This document shows, piece by piece, positions 22,133 to 31,661 of a stretch of DNA of 64,000 bases. Numbering within the stretch: position 1 is the first letter of the stretch; each line of letters starts with the position of its first letter. This stretch comes from an uncultured SAR86 cluster bacterium. GTDB taxonomy: Bacteria > Pseudomonadota > Gammaproteobacteria > Magnimaribacterales > D2472. The DNA lies in NCBI GenBank assembly GCA_902583575.1, contig CACHWY010000005.1, forward strand, positions 16,564 to 80,563. The letters run 5' to 3'. The translations under genes were made by a program, and so were the position numbers. The notes beneath the pieces are model-generated. The model worked only from the letters and a program-made list of their open reading frames with translations. It ran no database searches and was not told where the DNA came from.

Positions 22133-23140
22133 ATGAATAAATTTAATAAATTTTACAATAATATTTCTGAATATTATTCAAACAATATAATTACAAACTT
22201 TAGTCCATCTAATGGTTACAGATACCGTTGTGAATTTGGATACTATAACAATTTTTACTTAATGCATAAAAATGATAAAAAAATATATTTAGAGACATTT
22301 GAAAATGCTGCAAGTTGTATTCAAGAATTGATGCCTAAAATATTAAATCAGATTAATATTAATCAATCTGTAAAAGAAAAACTTTTTCAAATTAATTTCA
22401 GATCTAATGTTAATGATGATGTAATTGTATCTCTTATCTATCATAAAAAAATCGATAAAAACCTAATAGAAATTATTAAAGATATTTCTAAATATTTAAA
22501 AATAAATTTTATTCTAAGGTCTAAAAATTTTTCGTATTCTACTGAATCAAATTACTTTGTTGATTATATACATAATGATGCCTTTAAAATTTATCAAACA
22601 GATAATTGTTTTTTTCAACCAAATAAATTCATCTTACCTAAAATGATAAATACAGTTATATCATTAATAAATAATCCAAAAGATTTACTTGAGCTGTATT
22701 GTGGCGTTGGAACATTTACATTGCCTTTGTCTAAAGTATTTATTAAAATTTTAGCAACTGAGAATGATAGAAATTCAATAAAATGTCTTAATAAAGCAAT
22801 AATAGATAATAATATTAATAATATTTCAAATAGCAGATTGTCTTCAAATGAAGTTGCTGAGCTATTTATGGGTAAAATTTTTAGAAGAATGGGTGATATT
22901 AATTTATCTGATTATAATTTTTCACATGTTTTAGTTGACCCACCAAGGTCAGGACTTGATGATAAAACTTTAGGAATAATAAAAAATTTTAAAAATATTA
23001 TTTATATTTCATGCAACCCAGAAACATATATTGATAATATTAGATCTTTAAAAAATCATAATGTTAAATATGTTGAATTGTTCGATCAATTTCCAAATAC
23101 AAATCATTTAGAAATTATTTCATTATTAAGTGCTAAATAA
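22133..23140 (+). CDS. trmA: tRNA (uracil54-C5)-methyltransferase TrmA
   Basis: Shows FFQPN, LELYCGVGTFTLPL, VDPPRSGLD, YISCNPET and LFDQFPNTNHLE. The ORF track starts at TTG 22130, but ATG 22133 is the more likely start. Confidence 0.88.
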   Translation: MNKFNKFYNNISEYYSNNIITNFSPSNGYRYRCEFGYYNNFYLMHKNDKKIYLETFENAASCIQELMPKILNQININQSVKEKLFQINFRSNVNDDVIVSLIYHKKIDKNLIEIIKDISKYLKINFILRSKNFSYSTESNYFVDYIHNDAFKIYQTDNCFFQPNKFILPKMINTVISLINNPKDLLELYCGVGTFTLPLSKVFIKILATENDRNSIKCLNKAIIDNNINNISNSRLSSNEVAELFMGKIFRRMGDINLSDYNFSHVLVDPPRSGLDDKTLGIIKNFKNIIYISCNPETYIDNIRSLKNHNVKYVELFDQFPNTNHLEIISLLSAK

Positions 23141-24794
23141 TATTAAATTCGTCAGATAACTTCTTCATTTCTTTTCTTAAAACGAACATCGCAATCAAAT
23201 TTGGTATTGATACTAAAGCAACGACTACATAGGCTATGTTCCATACGACAGTAGTATCTATAACTGCAGCAAGAATGAAACATAAAACATAAAAATTTCT
23301 ATACCAGACTACACCCTTTTCACCAAAAATATATGCTGTTGACCTATCACCGTAATAACACCATGTAATAGAAGTTGAAAAAGCAAATAATAATAAAGCA
23401 ATGGCAACTAACTTACCGCCATATTGACCAAGAATACCCTGTGAAAATGCCTTTGCAGTAAGTTCAGCTGAACTAACTAATGATTTGCCCTCAATAACAA
23501 CTTGTTCATTTACTTTGCCACCTATGATATTTAATTTTCCAGAGTACAGATTTGAATTAAGGTTACGAACACTTATATCTTCTGCTATTGATCTTGAATG
23601 AATAACTGTAATATTATCAGTAATTAATTTTCCTTCGACTACATCTAATGAACCAGAATATTCTTTTACATTAGAATCAATTGATTGAACATATTTTGTT
23701 AACTCACTAATATGGTCTGGATGTATGTAATTACCATCATCATTTTTTTCATCACTGTAGATACCCTCAAGTATTACCATATCAGTCTTAGAAAATGTTG
23801 TATCAAATTTTTGAGTCCATACTCCACTAGATAAGATAACCAATGCTGTAACACTGCAGACAACAATAGTATCTATAAATGGTTCTAAAATTGAAACTAC
23901 ACCTTGATCAATAGATTTATTTTTTGATGAAGCATGAGCAATTGGTGATGAGCCTTGGCCTGCTTCATTAGAATAAAGCCCTCTTGCAACACCATATTTA
24001 AGACTCATTGCGAAGCTTGCACCTAAGAATCCACCCACTGCAGCAGATCCAGTAAATACTTGAGAAAAAATAGCACTAAATGATGGGATAATATTTTGAT
24101 AATTTTCTGCCAAAATTATTAAAGCTCCTCCAAAGTATATTATTCCCATTATTGGAATAATTTTACTTGCAACAGATGCAATTCTTTTTATGCCTCCAAT
24201 AATGATAATCCAGAGTAATGCACCCAAAGATAACCCTGTAAATAGTTTTGGTACAGAAAATTCTGTATTCATAACTAGAGCTATGTTGTTAATTTGAGGC
24301 ATATTTCCTGAACCAATAGCAGTAATCATCATCAAAAATGCAAATAAAATTGCAACCCATTTCATGTTAAGACCTTGTTCAATGTAATACATAGGTCCAC
24401 CTGAAATTGATCCATCTTTAAGCTTGGTTCTGTATTTATGTCCTAACGTAACTTCGACAAATTTAGTTGTCATACCAAAGATAGCGGTAATCCACATCCA
24501 AAATATAGCAGCGGGCCCTCCTGTCCATATTGCTAATGCAACACCGCCTATATTTCCAGTACCAACAGCACCTGACATAGCGGTTGTTAGAGCCTGAAAT
24601 CCTGTGGTCTCTCCTTCTGAATCAGATTTATTTTTACCAGAAACAATTTTAAATGCGCTTTTAAAATATTTGAATTGTGGAAATCCTAAGTAAATTGTAA
24701 AAAATATACCAGTACCAATTAGCAACGCAGGAAACCACCAAGAACCACTTAAATTTGAATCTAAAAGAATTAAAAAATTATTAAATTGTTCCAT
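23133..24794 (-). CDS. alanine/glycine:cation symporter (AGCS family) with a large internal insertion
   Basis: 553 aa with GFQALTTAMSGAVGTGNIGGVA, GGPAAIFWMW and YSNEAGQGSSPIAHA. An extra hydrophilic segment spans roughly aa 328-440. Confidence 0.88.
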   Translation of the reverse strand: MEQFNNFLILLDSNLSGSWWFPALLIGTGIFFTIYLGFPQFKYFKSAFKIVSGKNKSDSEGETTGFQALTTAMSGAVGTGNIGGVALAIWTGGPAAIFWMWITAIFGMTTKFVEVTLGHKYRTKLKDGSISGGPMYYIEQGLNMKWVAILFAFLMMITAIGSGNMPQINNIALVMNTEFSVPKLFTGLSLGALLWIIIIGGIKRIASVASKIIPIMGIIYFGGALIILAENYQNIIPSFSAIFSQVFTGSAAVGGFLGASFAMSLKYGVARGLYSNEAGQGSSPIAHASSKNKSIDQGVVSILEPFIDTIVVCSVTALVILSSGVWTQKFDTTFSKTDMVILEGIYSDEKNDDGNYIHPDHISELTKYVQSIDSNVKEYSGSLDVVEGKLITDNITVIHSRSIAEDISVRNLNSNLYSGKLNIIGGKVNEQVVIEGKSLVSSAELTAKAFSQGILGQYGGKLVAIALLLFAFSTSITWCYYGDRSTAYIFGEKGVVWYRNFYVLCFILAAVIDTTVVWNIAYVVVALVSIPNLIAMFVLRKEMKKLSDEFNII

Positions 24795-24798
24795 ATTA

Positions 24799-25029
24799 TT
24801 ATTCTGAGAATTTTTTGACTAAATCAGTATAACCCCCTATTAATATATCATCTATAAAAATCTGTGGAACCGTTCTAGCTTGAGGATTTCTTTTTAACAT
24901 TTCATCAAATATATCTGGGTCATCAGCACTATAAACCTCATATGTTATACCTTTAGAATCAAAAAAATTCATTGCCATAACACAATAAGAACAATTAGAT
25001 TTAGAATATATTTCAACTTTTTTAGTCAT
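24799..25029 (-). CDS. glutaredoxin
   Basis: 76 aa with the active site CSYC and the TVPQIFIDDILIGGYTDL motif. Confidence 0.85.
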   Translation of the reverse strand: MTKKVEIYSKSNCSYCVMAMNFFDSKGITYEVYSADDPDIFDEMLKRNPQARTVPQIFIDDILIGGYTDLVKKFSE

Positions 25030-25049
25030 AATTTAATTATAATAAAAAA

Positions 25050-25817
25050 ATGTCATTATTTAACCTTAATAATAAATCAATTTTGATAACTGGTTCCTCT
25101 AGGGGGATAGGCAAATCAATTGCTCGTCATTGTGCTATTCATGGAGCAAATGTAATTATCTCAAGTAGAAAGTTAAATATGTGTGAGCAAACAGCTAACG
25201 AAATTAATAATGAAGTAGATAAAGAATTAGCTCATCCAATAGCTGCTAGTATCAGTGATGAAAATCAATTAAATGAGCTTGTAAAAAAAACTAGAGAAAA
25301 ATTAGGAAAAATAGATGTGCTCGTATGCAATGCTGCTACAAATCCTTTTATGGGATCTATGCTTGATATGCCAGATGATAAATTTGATAAAGTAATGAAT
25401 AATAATGTTAAATCAAACCAAATTCTCTGCAATCTAGTTTTACCAGAGATGATAGATAGAGAAGATGGTTCAATAATAATAATTTCTAGTATCGCTGCAA
25501 TAAAAGGTAGTGCTATTTTAGGTGCATATAATATAAGTAAAGCTGCTGATGTGATGATAGTAAAAAATATAGCTACTGAATTTGGTCACAAAAATATAAG
25601 AGCTAATTCAATTGCACCAGGTTTAATTAAAACTGATTTTGCAAAAGCTTTATGGGAAAACCCAGAGATATTAAAAACAGTTCTAGGAACTACGCCTATG
25701 CAAAGAATTGGTGAACCTGATGAAATCGCTGGAGTAGCGGTCATGCTTGCTTCTGAGGCAGGAAATTATATCAATGGTCAAACAATAGTAGTGGATGGTG
25801 GTACTACTATATCTTAA
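25050..25817 (+). CDS. SDR-family oxidoreductase
   Basis: 255 aa with TGSSRGIGKSIA, NAAT, the catalytic YNISKAA motif and PGLIKT. Confidence 0.85.
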   Translation: MSLFNLNNKSILITGSSRGIGKSIARHCAIHGANVIISSRKLNMCEQTANEINNEVDKELAHPIAASISDENQLNELVKKTREKLGKIDVLVCNAATNPFMGSMLDMPDDKFDKVMNNNVKSNQILCNLVLPEMIDREDGSIIIISSIAAIKGSAILGAYNISKAADVMIVKNIATEFGHKNIRANSIAPGLIKTDFAKALWENPEILKTVLGTTPMQRIGEPDEIAGVAVMLASEAGNYINGQTIVVDGGTTIS

Positions 25818-26775
25818 TAGAATTCTTTAATTCACTAAAAAAATAATTTAAAACATGGTTTTCATTAATTTGAGGCACCTTGAAAAAATCATATCTTAAA
25901 TTATTTAGTTCGTTGATAAGATTTGATATTTTTAAGTTATTAAAAGTACTTAAATTAAACCTTTCATAAATACCACTTAATGTTTCAGATAATAATTTAG
26001 ATTTTAATAATATTTTTAAAAATTCAATTAAATAATTAGTTTTAGTGATTAAGTCTATTTCAAGATTATTAATTCCTTTTATTGCTGTTTCTTGATTAAT
26101 TTTATTGTCTATAAAATCATTTAAGATTTTTATAAAATTCTTGAAATTAAGATGTTGATTATTTTCAATCTCTTCCATTATTTTTAATGGTGAAATAAAA
26201 CTAGGGAAATCTTTTGCACTAATATCTGAAATTCCATTATTAACTAACCATTCATTAATATCGTTTTCATTTAACGGAGGAATTGTTATTAATTGACATC
26301 TGCTATATATCGTATCCAATAAAGATTTAGGTCTGTTAGTTGTCATAATAATGTATGAATGAGGAGCTGGTTCTTCTAATGTTTTCAATAGTGCATTTTG
26401 ACTTGCATCATTCATTGATTGAGCATTTAGTATTAAAGCTACTTTATTTATTGAAATTGATGGTGTTACTGACAGAAAATCATTTACATTTCTCTTGCCT
26501 ATCTCTTCATCCCAATCCTCCTCCCTAAGAGTAATATGTTTAATAAGAATTCTTTCTTTATCAAGGACAAAAAAATCTGGATGATTATTAGATTTTGATA
26601 TAGATATGTTTTCATTATTATTATTTTTATTAACAAGTAATTTTGATGAAATTTTTATTGCTAATCTCTCTTTTCCGATTCCATCAGGACCGTTAATAAT
26701 TATTCCATGAGGTAAATTATCAAAATTTATATTTTCATATAATTTATCTATCCAATATAAGTTAGATATGTTCAT
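25807..26775 (-). CDS. holB: DNA polymerase III delta-prime subunit
   Basis: 322 aa with the degenerate P-loop GPDGIGKERLA, LKTLEEP and the SRCQ motif. It sits downstream of tmk, as in E. coli. Confidence 0.8.
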   Translation of the reverse strand: MNISNLYWIDKLYENINFDNLPHGIIINGPDGIGKERLAIKISSKLLVNKNNNNENISISKSNNHPDFFVLDKERILIKHITLREEDWDEEIGKRNVNDFLSVTPSISINKVALILNAQSMNDASQNALLKTLEEPAPHSYIIMTTNRPKSLLDTIYSRCQLITIPPLNENDINEWLVNNGISDISAKDFPSFISPLKIMEEIENNQHLNFKNFIKILNDFIDNKINQETAIKGINNLEIDLITKTNYLIEFLKILLKSKLLSETLSGIYERFNLSTFNNLKISNLINELNNLRYDFFKVPQINENHVLNYFFSELKNSIKI

Positions 26776-27367
26776 TTTTCGATTGAATTTTTTTAATTAT
26801 AATTTGATGAATTTTATCTATATCATTAGCAGCATTAATTATTTCAAATCTATTCTTGTTTGCCTTTGCAATTGCCTTATACCCTTTTCTAACTTTATTA
26901 AAAAAATCATTGCTAGATAATTCTATTCTATCTTTTACATCAGTATTTTTTCTTTGAAAGCCCTCTTTTACAGATATGTCTAATAAAAAGGATAAATCTG
27001 GAATTGGACAATTTATGAATGATGTCAATGAGCTTATAAAGTCTTTTGATAATTTTCTTCCATAACCTTGATATGCCATCGATGCATCATAAAACCTGTC
27101 TAATAATAAATAATCACAGTGAGAAGTATTAATTTTTTTATCTATAAGTTCTGACCTTGCTGCAAACATTAACAAAAGCTCTGTTTCGTTTGATAAATCA
27201 TTATTCGAATCTAATAAAATATCTCTTATCTTTTCGCCAACAGGTGTTGATCCAGGCTCTCTATATATTTCTATCAAGTAATTTTTAGATTCAAGATAAT
27301 CCTTCAATAAATTAATTTGTGTAGATTTACCAACACCTTCAATTCCTTCAAATGAAATTATTTTCAT
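26762..27367 (-). CDS. tmk: thymidylate kinase
   Basis: Shows FEGIEGVGKSTQ, the DRF/Y motif (LLDRFYDASMAYQG), and conserved synteny. Confidence 0.92.
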   Translation of the reverse strand: MKIISFEGIEGVGKSTQINLLKDYLESKNYLIEIYREPGSTPVGEKIRDILLDSNNDLSNETELLLMFAARSELIDKKINTSHCDYLLLDRFYDASMAYQGYGRKLSKDFISSLTSFINCPIPDLSFLLDISVKEGFQRKNTDVKDRIELSSNDFFNKVRKGYKAIAKANKNRFEIINAANDIDKIHQIIIKKIQSKNEHI

Positions 27368-28338
27368 TTATTTAAACCTAAATCATTAATTTTATTTAAA
27401 TGCTCTTGATATGTTTTAGAAAAATAATGTGAACTAGGTGAGTCAGCTACAAAATATAAATATTCTCCCAATGTAGCATTTGCTGCAGCATCTAATGAGG
27501 TTAATGATACTAAAGATATTGGTGTTGGAGGTAATCCCTTAATCATATATGTATTATATTTATTATTTTTATCTAGAATATCAGATTTTTTAATATCACC
27601 ATCAAAATTAGGCAACAAACCATAAATAATTGTAGGGTCTGCTTGAAGTTTCATATCAATAGACAATCTTTTTAAAAAAACACTAGATATATGAAATTTT
27701 TCATCATTATTACCAGCCTCTTTTTCTATTATCGATGCTAATATTAAAATTTCTTCTTTTTTAAGTTGGTTATTTAGATTTTTATTTTTATAAAAATAAT
27801 CTAAATGTTTATTTAAAATGTCATGGCTTTTTTGAAGAATATTTGAAGCAAGCATATTCTTCTTGTAATAGTATGTATCTGGAAAAAGAATACCTTCTTT
27901 AAATGAAAGATCCGTTTTTATACATTTAAGCATATAACAATCATTTATAAGATAAGAATCATTAATTAATTGATTTAATTGGTAAATATTCATGCCTTCA
28001 GCTATTGATAATTTGTGTGTAACGGTTGAACCGTTATTTAAATCATTAATGATATTTTTTAAGGTTTTATTATAAAGCTGATATTCGCCAGCTTGAAACT
28101 TATGAATTTTATTATAATTTAAGTGTATTCTTAAAAAGAACTTATTAATAAAGTTAAGATCTGATATTTTAGCTATTGTGATATATATAGATTCGCCTTT
28201 AGTAACATTTAAATAGTTACTAGTATTGAAAGGAGCATGATTTAAGTAGCTATTATATGGACCAATGAAAGAAAATAATAATACGACTATAGATAAAGTA
28301 AGTTTGATATATATCATAAAAAATGTATTAAACAACAA
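27364..28338 (-). CDS. mltG: endolytic murein transglycosylase MltG (YceG family)
   Basis: Has an N-terminal TM segment, the LASIIEKEAG catalytic motif and NTYMIKGLPPTPI. Confidence 0.88.
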   Translation of the reverse strand: MLFNTFFMIYIKLTLSIVVLLFSFIGPYNSYLNHAPFNTSNYLNVTKGESIYITIAKISDLNFINKFFLRIHLNYNKIHKFQAGEYQLYNKTLKNIINDLNNGSTVTHKLSIAEGMNIYQLNQLINDSYLINDCYMLKCIKTDLSFKEGILFPDTYYYKKNMLASNILQKSHDILNKHLDYFYKNKNLNNQLKKEEILILASIIEKEAGNNDEKFHISSVFLKRLSIDMKLQADPTIIYGLLPNFDGDIKKSDILDKNNKYNTYMIKGLPPTPISLVSLTSLDAAANATLGEYLYFVADSPSSHYFSKTYQEHLNKINDLGLNK

Positions 28339-28380
28339 TAGTTATTTTATACATTTATGTAATAAGTTTATAAAAAAATT

Positions 28381-28611
28381 TTATGAATTTGAATTTATAT
28401 ATTCTACTGCTTCGTTAACTGTAGATATTTTTTCTGCATCTTCATCTGCAATTTCAATATCAAATTCCTCTTCTAAAGCCATTACCAACTCAACAGTATC
28501 TAATGAATCTGCCCCTAAGTCATCAACAAATGATGAATCACTTTGTATCTCATCCATTGATTTTCCTAATTGATCACTGACAATCTTTTTTACTCTATCT
28601 TCAATGCTCAT
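28381..28611 (-). CDS. acpP: acyl carrier protein
   Basis: 76 aa with the phosphopantetheine site [19 protein letters not shown]. Confidence 0.96.
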   Translation of the reverse strand: MSIEDRVKKIVSDQLGKSMDEIQSDSSFVDDLGADSLDTVELVMALEEEFDIEIADEDAEKISTVNEAVEYINSNS

Positions 28612-28676
28612 AAATTCTCCACCCTATATTGAAATTTGACACATTTTACATCTAATAGTTCAAAGTTGCACATAAA

Positions 28677-29393
28677 TTAATACATTAATAGTCCACCATC
28701 AATAGATATAGTTTGACCTGTGATATACGATGCCTCATTAGAAGCTAAGAATAATGCTAATTCAGCAACGTCACTAGCCTCGCCAAACCTTTTTAAAGGT
28801 ATATCTTTAACTATTGCATTTTTTGCATCATCATCTAAAAAAGATGTCATATTGGTATTTATAAATCCTGGAGCTATAGAGTTTACAGTTATGTTCCTTG
28901 ATCCAATTTCTTTTGCCAATGACTTTGTAAAACCATTTAATGCTGATTTTGATGATGAATAATTTACTTGACCTGGATTTCCCATGAGTCCTGCAACTGA
29001 AGAGATATTTATAATTCTTCCATTTTTATTTTTTATCATATTTCTAATAAATATTTTAGTTAAATTATATGTACCAGTAAGATTGGTTGAAATAACATTA
29101 TCCCAATCATCGTCTTTCATCTTCAAAAATAATTGATCAGAAGTAATTCCTGCATTATTTATTAGTATATCTGGAAGTAAATCTTTTGATTTAAGATCAT
29201 TAAAGCATTTCTTAAGATCATCTCTAGAGGTGATATCTAATTTTATAGGTATAAGATTTTCTGATTTATTATCAAATTCAAAATCATTTCTAGATGTGCC
29301 TATTACCTTATAATCATTTTCAGCAAAGTGATTTGCAATGCTTTCACCTATACCTCTTGAGGCACCAGAGATAAATACATTACCTTTACTCAT
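28677..29393 (-). CDS. fabG: 3-oxoacyl-ACP reductase FabG
   Basis: Shows SGASRGIGESIA, NNAGIT, YSSSKSA and the position between fabD and acpP. Confidence 0.92.
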   Translation of the reverse strand: MSKGNVFISGASRGIGESIANHFAENDYKVIGTSRNDFEFDNKSENLIPIKLDITSRDDLKKCFNDLKSKDLLPDILINNAGITSDQLFLKMKDDDWDNVISTNLTGTYNLTKIFIRNMIKNKNGRIINISSVAGLMGNPGQVNYSSSKSALNGFTKSLAKEIGSRNITVNSIAPGFINTNMTSFLDDDAKNAIVKDIPLKRFGEASDVAELALFLASNEASYITGQTISIDGGLLMY

Positions 29394-30313
29394 ATAATTT
29401 TTTTAATTTCTTCAAAAAAATTGATTGATGAAGTTGTATAAACATTATTATTAATATTATTTCCTTTTGCTAATCCAGATAATACTTTACCTGGGCCACA
29501 CTCAATAATAATACCATTAAATTTTTTAATATAATTCATTGCATCAACCCATCTAACAGGTTCAATTAATTGGTTGACTAAATTTAATTTAAGTTCTTCG
29601 ATAGATGATGATGTATCAGAATTTATATTATGAATAACTTTATATTTAGGCAATTGTAATGAAAGTTTATCTAAAATCTTACTAAATTTAGATGCGGCTT
29701 CATTCATTAATTTACAATGAGATGGCACAGTTACATTTAATTTAATATTTTTTTTATGGCCTTGTTCTTTTAAATTAGTTATAACTAAATTAACAGCTTC
29801 GCTGTTTCCTGAAATTACGACTTGGTTTGGTGAATTGATGTTTGCTGGTGAAACTATTGAGTTTGTTTCATTAGATATTTTTAAGCATGTTTTATTAATA
29901 AGACTAAAATCTGCATTTAATATTGCATACATTAATCCCCTATCAGCAGTCTCCATTAACAAACCTCTATTATGGACTAAGGATATTGCATCTTTAAGCT
30001 CTAAAGCTCCTCCAACCAATAGTGCAGTATATTCTCCTAATGAGTGACCACATAATAAATCAGGTTTTATATCTAATAACTCTGAAATATATTCATAGTA
30101 TAAGAATGATGTTAATAGAACTGCGGGTTGTGTTATTGATGTTTTATTTAGATCTTCATTAGAGCCATTTGTAATTAAGTCTATCAGATCAAAATTTAAT
30201 ACCTCTATAACATCATCTTTATATTTATTAACCAAATCCTTAGGTAATGGATCTAACATCCCAAGGGTTTGTGACCCTTGACCAGGAAAAACAATACTTA
30301 TATGCCTAGGCAT
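29390..30313 (-). CDS. fabD: malonyl CoA-ACP transacylase FabD
   Basis: Shows FPGQGSQ and the active-site motif GHSLGEYTAL. Confidence 0.93.
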   Translation of the reverse strand: MPRHISIVFPGQGSQTLGMLDPLPKDLVNKYKDDVIEVLNFDLIDLITNGSNEDLNKTSITQPAVLLTSFLYYEYISELLDIKPDLLCGHSLGEYTALLVGGALELKDAISLVHNRGLLMETADRGLMYAILNADFSLINKTCLKISNETNSIVSPANINSPNQVVISGNSEAVNLVITNLKEQGHKKNIKLNVTVPSHCKLMNEAASKFSKILDKLSLQLPKYKVIHNINSDTSSSIEELKLNLVNQLIEPVRWVDAMNYIKKFNGIIIECGPGKVLSGLAKGNNINNNVYTTSSINFFEEIKKII

Positions 30314-30315
30314 AA

Positions 30316-30525
30316 CTATGATGTTACTTCTTCTGACTCTTCTTTAATAGGCTTACGTAAATCTTTAATTAATCTGCCTTTGTAAAAACCATCTTTTGTC
30401 ATTTGATGGCGTAAATGTTTTTCTCCTGAAACAGGATCAACAGACAAAGTCTTGCCTTTTAATGCATCATGTGAACGCCTCTGCCCTCTTCTAGACCTTG
30501 TTACTTTACTTTTTTGTACAGCCAT
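30316..30525 (-). CDS. rpmF: 50S ribosomal protein L32
   Basis: Begins [22 protein letters not shown]. At 69 aa it carries a short acidic C-terminal extension. Confidence 0.92.
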   Translation of the reverse strand: MAVQKSKVTRSRRGQRRSHDALKGKTLSVDPVSGEKHLRHQMTKDGFYKGRLIKDLRKPIKEESEEVTS

Positions 30526-30583
30526 ACTTCACCATTTAAAAAAATGTATACTATCAAAATTTATATAATAATGACAGAAATTC

Positions 30584-31468
30584 TTATTTAAGAATATTAA
30601 CCAATGCATTGAATTCATTTGGTGGATTACATTCAATATTTAATATTTCTGAATCTAAGTTTATAAAAGAGATAGATTTTGAGTGCAGAGCTATTTTTTT
30701 TCTTATATTTTTATCAAAACTATTATTAAAATCTTTATCGCCATATCTATCATCAAAAATAATAGGGTGATTAATAGATGCTGCATGAATTCTTATTTGA
30801 TGACTTCTTCCTGTATAAATCTGAACCTCGACTAAAGTAGCGTTATCTAAATGCTCAATTATTTTAAATTTAGAGATTGAATTTTTAGATTTTGTTACGA
30901 TATTTTTATATATTGGCTTATTTATTACTATGTTTTGTTTTAATTTTCCTTTTAAAACTGTGTGATAGGTTTTTTTAATATTATTATCTATTAATAAATT
31001 ATTAAAAAATTTGACCGCCTTCTTGTTTTTGCCAAATACCAAACATCCAGTAGTGTTTTTATCTATCCGATGACATAAATCTATATTTTTTCCATATTTC
31101 TCTCTGATTATATCTATTAACCCAATTATATTTTTAGTGCCACCATGAACAGCAATGCCACTTTTTTTATTAATAACAATATAATTATCGTTCTCAAATA
31201 AGATATTTTCAGTATGCTTGTTAACCAAATCTACTCCAATTGACTTAATTAATGCTTTATCTGTGTTTAAATTTGGAGGAATTCTAATAATATCATCAGT
31301 TTTAATTTTATAATTAGGCTTTACTCTAGATGAATTAACTCTTACTTCACCTTTTCTAATGATGTTATAGATTTTACTTTTTGGAACAGAACTGTAAGTA
31401 GATATTAAATAATTATCTAATCTTCGGCCAGAATTATCATTATTAATTACTAATTTTTTGACAGACAT
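30584..31468 (-). CDS. rluC: 23S rRNA pseudouridine synthase RluC
   Basis: Has an S4 domain (GRRLDNYL..VPKSKIYNIIRKGEVRVNSSRVKPNYK), the catalytic motif HRIDKNTTG, and lies divergent from rne as in E. coli. Confidence 0.86.
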   Translation of the reverse strand: MSVKKLVINNDNSGRRLDNYLISTYSSVPKSKIYNIIRKGEVRVNSSRVKPNYKIKTDDIIRIPPNLNTDKALIKSIGVDLVNKHTENILFENDNYIVINKKSGIAVHGGTKNIIGLIDIIREKYGKNIDLCHRIDKNTTGCLVFGKNKKAVKFFNNLLIDNNIKKTYHTVLKGKLKQNIVINKPIYKNIVTKSKNSISKFKIIEHLDNATLVEVQIYTGRSHQIRIHAASINHPIIFDDRYGDKDFNNSFDKNIRKKIALHSKSISFINLDSEILNIECNPPNEFNALVNILK

Positions 31469-31661
31469 CTCTTAAATCTATAGGATATACAGCTAAATAA
31501 CTAGGGAAAACTAGTAAAATTAAAAAGAAAGATAAATACAACAGTTAATTATTGCAACTCTTAAATGGGTTAATCATGTAAGCAAATATAAGTAAGACTT
31601 ACTGATAGAAGCTTAAAAAAGCATACTGCTGAATTATCTTCCTAATTGTAGGGAGAATAAA

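Noticed and set aside
31469-31661. An RNase E autoregulatory 5' UTR hairpin, as in E. coli rne.
   Set aside because: The 193-nt leader is long enough for one. By eye I found only 4-5 bp AT-rich stems, which is not enough to call a structure without covariation data.
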